Source of the DNA: Cenococcum geophilum | Lineage: Eukaryota | Reading direction: 5' to 3' | Length of the DNA: 64,000 bases | Assembly: GCA_050273025.1 (NCBI GenBank) | Contig: CP158635.1 | Location: forward strand, 13,702,001 to 13,766,000 | Shown here: piece by piece, positions 1 to 10,985 of the stretch | How the letters are laid out: every line of letters starts with the position of its first letter | Numbering within the stretch: the first letter of the stretch is position 1 | The notes under the pieces: generated by a model | Told to the model about the DNA's origin: nothing | Databases searched by the model: none | What the model saw: the letters and a program-made list of their open reading frames with translations, nothing else | Made by a program: the position numbers and the translations under genes

Positions 1-1292
1 TCCAGGATAATAATATACACAACTTTAACGAGACTAGCTTCTAGATGGGCGTTATTAGGTCTATGAAAGTGGTTACTAGCTTTGAGAGACGTACTCAACC
101 AGAGCTCATTTAGCCAGGCGATTGAGAGTAAGTTACTATTATTTAGAGTATCTACGCCGCGGGGTACGCAATCCTACCGTTTATTATCTATAAAGGGCGC
201 GTCTACATCTTTACGTGGTATAAAGAAGCTAGAATACCACACAATTGGAAACTCTCTGTCTTAAAAAACAGCTAGACCAATAACAAGCTTAAAGTTGCGT
301 GGTTAAAGCACTTTAACGCGTATACAAAGGATCAAATAGTAGGGTCTTAGAGGCTCCTTATTTTAGACGGTTATAAAAGCCACCAATCTTAAGATTTTAA
401 GGACTATTGCCTTAAAAATAGAATCCTTACGCTCTATATGCCCGCCTATTTATTATATATATTACAGCCTCTAGATATAGTCTGCTTTACGCCGTTAAAG
501 CTAAAGTACTCCTAGCGCGTTTAAGACTTAGCACGCTAGCGCGTCTTCTATATTAATAAGGAAGCCTTTTTACCAGTCTTTAAAGACGCGTTTTTTAACG
601 TGTTTACAATAGAGAACTATTAAAAGGCCTTTAAAGCGTCAGGTCTTATTCCACTAAACCCGTTAATGGTACTTAACCGTCTTAAAGTACGGTTATATAC
701 CCCACTAGCACCCCTACTACTAGAGACCCCCTAGCAGTTAAAGACTCCGTCTAATATGCTTAAGTTTAGATTACAGTTAAAGCTAGTAAAGAAATCCTTT
801 ACTAGATCGCCTATAACGGCCTAGTCTTGCTTTTAATAGCTTATTAAAGGTGCTAAACTAATACTGCACCAAAACGCGCTTTAAGAGTCACGGATTACTA
901 AGCTTAAAAAACAATTAGCAGTAATAACTAAGCGGAAGGGTTATAAAAGGAAGTATCTCCAGATAGGTAGCACCTTAGAGTTTGGTATAACAGCTAATCA
1001 AGTAGCTTCTAAAGCATTAGTGGCGGTTAAAAAGGCTTAAAGAGGTGGTGGTAGTAATAGTCAGGATAAGGCACTAGCGACTCAACGTCGCTATAGGAAG
1101 TGTGGCGAGACTAGGCATAATGCGCAAACATATTAAGAGGATAGAGAGCCTTCTTCTAAGTCTAAGGCGAGTACTTAGTATATATTTTCAAATAGTTCTA
1201 GTAGTAATAATAAGGATCCTATTACTTAAGTTGGTCATACTAAGAAATTATTAAACACTTAGTGATGTTAGACACTTGGTAATAAAATACGT
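1..1292 (+). mobile_element. pogo/Fot1 (Tc1-mariner superfamily) DNA transposon, 3' part, RIP-inactivated
   Basis: De-RIPped translation gives DDE_1 motifs NFDETGF, GWTNN, LLILDGHESH and HILQPLD, plus a C-terminal CxxCxxxGHNARTC knuckle. Ends ...AATACGT followed by TA at 1293-1294. Confidence 0.9.
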
Positions 1293-3100
1293 TAGGTTAT
1301 ATAGAACTTTAGTATTTCTTTAACCTAGCTAATTAAAGGGTTATATTATTTTAGTTATCCGTATCTAGGTATTACTTTATAATACTTTAGGGGTGTTATA
1401 AATAGGGAAACGTATTTAAGGTATTTGCCTATTTACAATTTTATAAGAGCGTAATACGTCAGTTTACTATATATTAAGGGTTTACTATTAAAGCCTTATA
1501 GGCCTTAGGGCTTATTAAGTTTCTTTAAATTTAAGCGTTAGGTTTTCGCGTAGTTTATATTAATAAAGCCTATACTAGTAGCTCTGCTATCTATTAGGAT
1601 TTATACCTTCTTCTATTTTCTAAATATTTAAATTTCGCTAAGTATATTAAAGGAGTTATATTATATATTAGCGCTAGAAAAGCCTAGATACTTATACTCT
1701 TCTACTTTTTATTTTAAGGCGCAACTTAGCCTTAGGACGATTTATTTTCCAAATTAACTAAAGGTGAGATGCTTTATAGCGACTAAGTATAGTTTATAGA
1801 ATAGGTATAATTTAAGGATTAGGGGGAACTACAGCGGACCCTTTTAAAAGGGTAAGTTTAATAATTCCTTTAAATATCCCTTTTTACTATATCTAAAGTA
1901 TTTTCTATTTACGGCTTAAGTTCTTTATTTATTAGCTCCTAAGGGTATATAGGATTAGGTAGCATTAAGGTCTATAGGGTTATATATAGGGCTTTTAGGT
2001 CTTAAAGACGGATCGCGCTTTAAGGTATATATTAGTTTTGTAGAGTTTTAAATATAAGATATAGTTAGCTTTAGAGAATAAATCTGCTTATTATATTAGA
2101 GGTCTTTATTAATTTATTAATATATTATAGTAAATTTGGGTAAGTCTTTTAGTAAATCCCTACCTACTAGCTAGGCTCTAATTTCGTCTAAAAGAGCTTA
2201 ATAAAGAGCGGCAACCCTAGCGGCTTTATTTTAATCTAGCTCACTAATAAAGCCTAAAAATTCCAAAAAGAAGCTAGTAAAGTCTCGGTTCTATTATTAT
2301 AAGTTTTTAAATTTAGTAATAGCTATATATTCGCGGCTAGCGTTATTATATATTTATTCTAGCAAAGAGATAAAGGTTTTAAAATTAACAAAGGTGCTAT
2401 TATGGAAGAATAGGTTTATAGTTTATATAGCATCTTTACTTAAATAAGACATTCTATAGCTAACTTTGCTACCTTTAGTAGGGTATTAGTTATAATTTAT
2501 TAAAAGTTTAAGGCGGAGCTTGGTTATAAAGGTTTGTAGGTTATTTTAATTTCTATTAAATATTAGAGGGTTAGGAAGCTTTTCGGATTTTATAATAAGT
2601 ATTAGATTTATTATAGATACGGATTAAACTACTATTACTAGTTTGGGGTTCGCGTTTAATGGGTTAGGCTTAGGCGTAGTTATTTTAATCTTATTTATAG
2701 AGGGTATTAATACTAGGGTCTCTAACGCGAGTACTTTAGCGTCGTGAAGTTCTTTATATATTACTTTAATTGATTGCTAATACTAGGCTTCTAGTATATC
2801 TTATTGCTGTTACGGCTCCGTAACGGATCTAGTTAGGGGGCTCGCTTAAGCCTTGGCATATGTATATAGACGTATCCTTTTCTACCTTCCACTCCTTATC
2901 TTAATATCTAGGTCTATAAACTACCAATTATATAGGCTTGCATACGTTCTACGGCGCTCTTGCCTTAATTAACTAAGTCGCTGTGATAATTGCTAGGCCA
3001 AGGCATCCGTAAAGGACTATTATATTATAGTTGTTCCCTAACTAGGTCCATAATAGTTAACGTAGCGGCTTTAAGTTCGTTTGCTATTTTAAGGGTATTA
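1293..3100 (-). mobile_element. Ty3/Gypsy copy G1a: gag and aspartic protease, RIP-degenerate
   Basis: Minus-strand translation gives gag (KSEKLPDPPMFDG, FENLRQ, PIDLDAT) and a protease LIDSRATS-like motif near 1590. Segment 1293-1660 recurs at 6932-7298. Confidence 0.8.
2808..3029. repeat. solo LTR (222 bp) inserted in G1a gag
   Basis: Termini TGTTACGG...TATTATA (RIP form of TGTCACA). Flanks ATTGC / GTTGT fit a RIP-mutated GTTGC 5-bp TSD. The gag frame resumes across it. Confidence 0.7.
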
Positions 3101-4030
3101 TACGCTAATTTACTTTATAATAGTTCCGTTAACTACTTTATTTAATTAGTAAAGTTATACGCGTTAATTAGTTAAATTCTCTTAATTATAAATCCTATTA
3201 TATTAATTTTAGGTTATAGTTTAAATTTAAGTTAAGGGTTTTATCCATAGGTTGCGTAAAACAGTATTACGCCTATTAATTTATTTCTTATATTATTTAG
3301 AGTAAACTTAGCTAAAGGTAGCCACTTTTCCCAGTTGTCTGATAGGTAGAAGTAGTATATTTATAGGTATTATTCTATAATCGCGTTTATAATTTCAGTT
3401 TAACCGTTTATCTTTAGATAAAATATAGTTAAAAGTTATATTTATATACTTAATTATTTATATAAGGCTTACTAGAAGTCTAAAATAAACTAGCTTCTAT
3501 AGTTAGATATTATTAAATTAGAAAGTCTATATAGCTTAAAGACGTACTTAATAAATATTTAGCTACTAATATTGTATTAATTAAGTCTATAGGAATTATA
3601 TATAATATTTTTATAAGACGGTTAATAACTACTATAACATTTATAAACTCATTACTATTAGGTAGGTTAACTACAAAGTTAATTAAAATATCTTACTATC
3701 TTTATATTAGAATTGGCAACGGTTAAAGTACTCTTTACTTCTTTATATAAGAGGTCTTCCTACGTATATATATTCTATATACTTAAACGTATTTTTATAT
3801 ATAGTTATATATTATAGGCCAGTAATATACTTATTAGATAATCTTATAGGTTTTTATATGGCTAGTATACCCTACTATAGGGGAATTGTATATAAATTCA
3901 AGTATTTTAAATTATAAGGGTTTGGAATTTGGGACCACTATTTTCTATTAATAGTATAACTAACTATTACGGATTTTGTATTTAGCGAGTATAATATCCT
4001 TATATTACCGTTTCCCTATTTAAATTACTT

Positions 4031-4115
4031 GGCCGTCGAAATCGGACTCTGCACCTGTACGTGGTGACGGCTACGAACCTGGTCTTCGAAGTTCAGATCC
4101 AGAGCCAACGCAGAG
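4031..4115 (+). ncRNA. HDV-like self-cleaving ribozyme (predicted)
   Basis: P1 GGCCGUC(4031-37)/GACGGCU(4066-72) with G.U at the cleavage site. P2 CUCUGC(4047-52)/GCAGAG(4110-15). P3 ACC/GGU, L3 UGUACGU, P1.1 GU(4057-58)/AC(4073-74), P4 4079-4102. J4/2 GCCAAC with putative catalytic C4105. Confidence 0.85.
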
Positions 4116-5056
4116 ACGTCGCACAGCGTGCGGACAGGACCTGGTGGTGGTTGTGGGCGTTAAGGGCGGTGGTGAAAAATTTTCGGATGGTGAGATCTTG
4201 AAGAACACTACTGTTGGCTCTCTACATACGACGACTACTACGCTGTTCTCCTATCCAGGGCACCTGTACGATCCAACATGGATGCACAGTATTCGATAAC
4301 ATCCCCCGACCCCCAGTAGAAAGCATCGACGACCTCACATCGACGAACAAACAAACGCGAACGAACGAACGAACGAGCAAATATACGGCCCCTCCTAACC
4401 CCCAGGGCGATCGCCCGCGGAGCATGTGGTCACTCGCCGTACTGCCGTAATACTACTGAAACTGGCAGCCGGATAACCCCGTACGGTTTTCCTTATCTCC
4501 TCTCGACGGAGTGGTGCCCTTAGAGAGGGCCTAGTGACTGGGGCCTAGGCACAAAAGATACTCAGATACACACACACACATCCCGCTTTCGTTTTCAGTA
4601 TTAGGATGGTAGAACGGATGAATCCCCCTTACGCCTTCGATAGGCCTTAGGGGGGGGGGGAGGCATGGCGTATATGGCAATAGCAATGGTCAACAAGAGA
4701 TGGCATATAGGGGGTGGTCAAGATACGGGACACAACTATAAGTATACGGCAATCGAACGGCAAGGCCTAGCTAGGACGTAGTAAACCCTAGCTTTGGATG
4801 AGCTAGAGAAGGAAGCAGTGGTTCCCAAGGAGTTCAAAACATCCAAGGAGGAGGACGTAGCTGTGGGCCCGCAGGGCCGCTGCTACGTGCAGGCATGGCA
4901 ATTCGGGGTTTTTCATCCTACTGAGGTGGCTCATAGGGTTTTTCCTCCCCCCCAATAGCAAGGGGTTTTTCCTGTCAATATTACTTTCCCCTTGTGTACG
5001 GAGTAGTCTGCGTGGGCCTAGATAGGATCCGTATCAGACGTTAATTAAAGAATCTA
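4031..5056 (+). mobile_element. non-autonomous non-LTR retroposon (SINE/SIDE-like), copy 1: 5' HDV-like ribozyme and LINE-like 3' tail
   Basis: 15-bp TSD CTATTTAAATTACTT at 4016-4030 and 5057-5071. Second copy at 15161-16175. Its 3' end GGAGTAGTCTGCGTGGGCC...GGATCC...GACGTTAA resembles the LINE 3' ends at ~46190-46240. Confidence 0.9.
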
Positions 5057-7298
5057 CTATTTAAATTACTTTTATTATATTTACTATTTAGGGGTTGTTC
5101 TTATATTTATGCTCTATTAATTTATTAATTTCTAATTTATTTCTATTAAGCTCCATATTTAAAAATATAGGGTGTAGTTTCTTAAAACTTTTAGGGGGTA
5201 GTAGAATTTATAATTAATTTATGATCCGTTTATTGGAGGCATTTATATATAAGTTCTATAATTGTTATATTAATAAGTTAGGCTTCTAATTAAGTTTGCT
5301 AGGTCGGTATATAATCTTAAAGTTAAATTATAAAAGGTATTTAGCCTAATAAATTTAGCGCTATATTAATTGCTTTATAGTTATAAAGTTCTATAGGTTT
5401 TTATAGTCCGTTAATACGTATATTAAAAATAGCAATCCTTTAAGTTCTAAATGCTATTATTTAAAGTATCTAATAATTATAAGCAGTTCCTTATTATATA
5501 TCTTATAGTTTAATTTAGTAGGGGTAAGTTTCCGGGAAAGAAAGGCTCCTAGGCGTAGCCCGCTGTTCTTATTATATTATAATAACACTCCTCCTAGTAT
5601 ATAATTAGATAAGTTTATTTTAACAATATATCTAAGGCCTAGATTAAAGTAGGTAAGAATTAAAGTAGTTATAAAATAATATTTTAGGTTATTAAAAAGC
5701 TTATTTATATTTAGTAGTCTACTTAAATCTTATATTCTTTCTTATTAAGTTTAATAATGGCTAAACAATTTTTAAGAAGTAATTAATAAATTAATAGTAG
5801 AAATTTGCAAATTCTAAAAATCCTTAGATGTTTTATATACTACTAGGACTTTCTTAGTTTATAATTATAGCAATTTTCTTAAAGTCTATTTTAATTCTAT
5901 TATAGAATATAATTAGGCCTAAGTATATAACTTTAGATATATAAAACTTATATTTCTTAATATCGCATTATAAGCCTGCGTTTTATAGGCATTTAAAGAC
6001 TATTTAGATATACTTCTAATACTTAAAAAGTAAAGATAAATAAATTAAGATATTATTAATATACGCAGTAATAAATATATTAAGGAATTTATAAAGTAAA
6101 TTATTAATATATTACTAAAACGTACTAGGACTATTATTTACACTAAATAGTATTACTAGGTATTTAAAAAGTCCCTATTATATACGGAAAGCTATATACT
6201 TCTTATCTCCTTTACAAATATAGATTTAATTAAAGATAGTAACTACGTTAAGCTTTATAAAGTATTATGCTTTTACTAAGTAGCTAAGCGTTTCTTAAAG
6301 CAAAGGAATTAAATATTAGTTTTAAATTATAATTATATTTAAGGCTTAATAATTAATACAGAACCTTATGCCTCCTTTAGGTTTCTTAATAAATAGTATA
6401 AATAAGGTAAATAGTAATTAACTAGGGTAAATAAATCCTTTCTTTAGGTGCTCTTTAAGGTATTATTGTATTATAAGCAGCTTTTCTTATAATATACCGT
6501 ATAATGGGCTAAACTTTAGTATTATACTAGGTTTAAGTTCTATTTTAAAATTATACTTAGCTTAATATAGGGGTAGTTAGTCTATAAATCGTTTCTTAAA
6601 TATATTAATTAGATTATAATATTTTTTAGGTATAAGAGGTTAGGGGTTAATATATTACTTTAGTTCTAACGCCTTCTTAATATTTTTTAGTGTTATAGTA
6701 AAGATTTTATAGTCTCGTTTTCTTATTAATAAATAAAAGGGTGCGGCCTATACTATATAAATTTTAAAAGGTTTTAATATATTATCTTCGCATTCTTTAC
6801 TATAATTAATAGTTATAACTTTATTATATTAGTTTAAGGTTTATAGTAAGGGCAATTTATATTATATTAAATTTAAATAGTTATATATATATTTATAAGG
6901 CAAGTGGTATTTTAAGTAATAACTTCGGTAATAGGTTATATAAAATTTTATTATTTCTTTAACCTAGCTAATTAAAGGGTTATATTATTTTAGCTATCCG
7001 TATCTAAGTATTACTTTATAATACTTTAAGGGTGTTATAAATAGGGAAATGTATTTAAGGTATTTGCCTATTTATATCTTTATAAGAGCGTAGTATATTA
7101 GTTTGCTATATATTAAAGGCTTACTATTAAAGCCTTATAGGCCTTAGGGCTTATTAAGTTTCTTTAAATTTAAGCGTTAAGTTTTTATGTAGTTTGTATT
7201 AATAAAGCCTATACTAGTAGCTCCGCTATTTATAAGAATTTATACTTCCTTCTATTTTCTAAGTATTTAAATTTCGCTAAGTATATTAAGGAAGTTAT

Positions 7299-7570
7299 CT
7301 GCCATATTCTGCTATATCCCGCCAAGTTTTACCAAATTCTGCTATATTCCGCCAAGTCCTACTAAATCCTACTAAGTTCTGCTAGGACCATAACCTAAAC
7401 CCTATTCCGCCCTATATATATATTAACTAAGCAACTAAGTTAACAATATATACCCTTTCTTCCCGTTTTCCTACCTTCTCTCTTTACGCAATGTCTTAAC
7501 CTCCTTATATAGTTTATATATATAGCTTAATAATATCTACCTTGCTATATATTACTGTCGCTTATATTTA
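7299..7570 (+). mobile_element. terminal fragment of an unclassified element with ~10-bp tandem subterminal repeats
   Basis: About eight repeats of the CTGCCATATT/CCGCCAAGTT type at 7299-7385 abruptly truncate G1b. They are followed by a TATA-like tract and a short degenerate ORF start. No partner end was found. Confidence 0.4.
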
Positions 7571-8221
7571 CTCCGTAACAGCTAGTAATTTTTAGGTATA
7601 CTATTAAACCTAAATAGTTGGACGCTATAGGCAATCTAAATTAGTGCATGCTTATATAATACGTATTACTTTAAATTATAAGCGTACTCCGCGTATAGAA
7701 GTAGCTTACACTAGTTATCTTACTAGTATATTTATAGGTAAGACTCCAGTTCCTAGTTCTAGCGTTCCGTTTACCTATCTATTTATAAATAGAAAACTAT
7801 ACTATAATAGTAGTCTATTTTTAAATAAAAGCATAGGTCCGACTAGTACTAGCTTATAAATATACTACCCCTATTAGTAATAATAGAGTACGGCTAATCT
7901 ACTTTAAGAAAGTCTTTCTCCTTCATTAGGTTAGTAAGCGCTTATATATTAATTATCTTATTAATAGGAAGGTATTGAATATACTTTAAAAACCTATTAA
8001 TAAGTATAAGGACCAAATTGTATATTTATCCTTAGCCATTTTTAGATAGCGGAAGATCTATAATAAAGTCTATGGCGTAATATTGCTATAGCTTACTAGC
8101 GGGGGGAACTAATTTAAGTAGACCCTATAGCTTATGCCTACGGATCTTATATGCTTAATACTTCTTTTAATAGCTAATATACTCCTTTACTTCCTACTTA
8201 AGCTTTAGCTAATAGTATTTA
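7571..8221 (-). pseudogene. Gypsy integrase fragment (a further family)
   Basis: De-RIPped minus-strand translation: YYWPKL...HKPWGLL...MDFVTDLP...VLVDRFSK...IVTDRGSVFTS...FHPQTDGQTERQN. Confidence 0.8.
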
Positions 8222-8641
8222 TATTACGGACCTTATATTAGCAGTAATACGACTACTAAGAAGAGATATAAACGGGTTGGTTAAGATAGTATAGAAGGCG
8301 CTAAAACCGATCAGGCTATAGGATAAGGGGTAGCTAAGTTACGTAGCTAGTTACGTTATAAGTTTAGAACGTAGGAATTTAGAAATATAGGAATATAGAA
8401 TATACCGACGTACTAATATATTAACATACTTAGCATATTTCTTAGGCGTAGTATTATATATTTAAAGGACTACAGTTCCTACTTAGATAGTTCTGTTCTT
8501 TATAGTAAATCTTAAAATATAATTGGAGTTAATCTATTAGGTAACTACTCCACCAGTTATATTATTATTATTAACTTACTAGTTACCTATATACTCAGCC
8601 CATTAATAAGTCTACCGTAGTACCTTATATACTTTATTACA
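8222..8641 (+). repeat. 5' LTR of G3 (420 bp)
   Basis: TATTACGG (RIP of TGTTACGG)...TTACA. Homologous to the reverse complement of the G2 LTRs and followed by the same leader and gag start. Confidence 0.8.
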
Positions 8642-10864
8642 CATTTACTACTAAGGTTATAGTATTAGCAAGTCAAGCAATATACTACTAAAAGCACTAA
8701 GCTCGGACCCCTAGAACTTAGTTAGCCCCTAAACTCGGCCACCTAACCAAAATTAAACCACTAACTTGTCAACCTACCTTCTTTATAACAAATTAATCAA
8801 TATAGACTAAAGTAAGTAGAACTTATAAATAACTATTATAGATTCTAAATTTAATGTTTATAAGTCTATACAAAAAGCAGTGCTTGCATATAGTGTCCCT
8901 TTAGCAATTTTAAGCAATAATTAAATGGCAGACTACTAAAACAATTTATATACCAATGCGAATAGTAACTAACTCCTATATAGTAGGCCTTCCTTGCCAA
9001 TTAGGTACTTAAATAGGATTTATAAAAAAAATAATAGCTTAAGTCTTTAGTTAAGGTAGTAATACTAAGCCCCTTAGTAAAATATAGGTAATTAGCTACT
9101 CTAAATAAAATCTTTATATAAATATTAGTTATATATTTACTACTACGTTAAACGCGTAATAAGAGGAGCTCTTGCTGCACCCGGCCTAAAAAGACTAAAA
9201 CCAACTAAAAGAACTCTAAAAAATACCTAGAGAATCTCCCTAAGATGTATATATCGCAGGGGAGGCACACGTTAAACGACGGTGGTTTGCACTCGCGCGC
9301 GTCCGCCAAACCTACGCCTAGTAATAGCCCTCTATAATAAGAATGGGTAAATACTATACTATAAAGTGGGAAGACCTCTATTAAAAAGGCATCTAATAAA
9401 ATATAAAGCCTATTAGACGCGTTTAGTATCCATAATTATAGGGGAGTAACTATTAGCTATAATAAACTAATATAGCTAGTAGAATGGCTCTACTAGCCTA
9501 GTAAACCTTAGGCGCCCCTTTAGTAAACCCTTAATTAAATCCTCTAATAGCTAAGCAAAATTAAAAACAAATAAAACCCTTTCCTACCGGCGAGCCGTAC
9601 CTAGGCCGCTGTAGCTGCACTTCTATAGCATAGGGAACCTACCCCCCTTAAGATAATAACTGGGTATATAATTATAATATAACCAAATATAGAAAAAGCA
9701 GAGGGGCTTAGGAAATAATTAGAAATAAAAGTTCTTATAGAGATTTGCAAAGAGGTTTATAATACTATTATAGTCTAACACCTTAGGAGTAAAGATATTA
9801 GAGTTACCCTAAAGGACTAATAGGTAAAGGGATAAGCTATAAGGGTAGGGGACAGGCTAGGAAAACGTATTAGCATAAAAGTGCTCTGTGAAAACTACCT
9901 AGTTAAAGTCCTAGTGGTCCCCCTAAGCTTTAGGGTAGAAAAGGAACGCTAGGCGGACAATATAGTAACTATATATAAGATAGTAAAACAAACGGAACAC
10001 CTTATACTAAGACTTAAGATTACCTAAATCTAATAGCTCTACTAGAAAAATTTAAACTAAGTATATAATAAAAATAATAAGAGGATATAAGGGTCGCTAG
10101 AGACTTGCTAGAGAGTCGCCGGTTAAATGTATAGCTCCCTTATTATTAGCATATATACACTAGGGGGGTTTTAATAAACTGACGGAAGGTATCTAATAAA
10201 AGGTAAAGCTAATTTTTTAGTGCTTATATATACGATTAGCTCGACCTTCCGGCAATTGGTTAAGTAGGGGTTTCGATAAAGAGCAATTCTTACCTCCCAC
10301 CAACTCGACGGTTCGATCAACTTGGCGCGCGGGATTAAAAGACATGGTGGCAAGGATCAACTGTGCGAAATTTGGAGTCGCTGGCTGCTGTTAACAAAAT
10401 AGGGGGCTGGTTTAAAGTTCTGATGAAAATATCCATTAAAACTTTTGATATTTACCAAGAATCGAATCTGACAGAAGGTCCTACTAACTATATACCGCTA
10501 GTGCGCGAAGATCGCCTCGATTTGAGTTGCATTACCTTCCGTTAGATACCTTTGTCAGATAATCTGTATTCTCTGTGGCGTAGGACGTGCACGAGTCACG
10601 TGCACGGGGCCTGTGCTTTGTAAATATCTTTATCTAAGCCCAGGGGCCCTAGGTCAACACACGATAAAGATCAATTAATCAATTAACCCATTTCATCAAT
10701 AAATAGCTCTATATAAGTTATCTAACAGTTATAAGCCCGGTCCGCCGACTTAAGAAGCTATTCAGCTATTACTTAATCATTTAAAGAAATTCTACCTCAT
10801 CGTCAGACTCTGACACCCCATCGTCACAAGACGACCCTAATCAAAATCCTACCTTAAATGTCAC

Positions 10865-10985
10865 AGGACGAGATTCCACGAGATTCCACGAGACTCCACC
10901 TTAATCGTTAAAGGACGATCCTGACGACAAGGACGATCCTGACGATAAAGACGATCCTGCGACAAGGACGATCCTGATGATGAAT
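10865..10985 (+). repeat. short tandem repeats in the C1 leader
   Basis: CGAGATTCCA x3 and GACGATCCTGACGACAAG-type unit x4. Confidence 0.8.

Larger units (their letters stand above)
3101..7298 (-). mobile_element. Ty3/Gypsy copy G1b: protease-RT-RNaseH-integrase, RIP-degenerate, interrupted at 4031-5056
   Basis: Minus strand shows RT (YLVMLFS, AYIDDILI), RNaseH (YEIYDKELL) and integrase (HPETDGQTE, WEKWLPLAEF) in Gypsy domain order. Confidence 0.85.

Noticed and set aside
4214..4450. ORF-track ORFs in the retroposon (4214-4450, 4222-4425, also 15315-15602 and 15690-15890)
   Set aside because: Not conserved in frame between the two copies and no recognisable domain; open only because the region is GC-rich.
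7644..7859. 71-aa plus-strand ORF as a possible captured host gene
   Set aside because: The opposite strand is a clear Gypsy integrase remnant.
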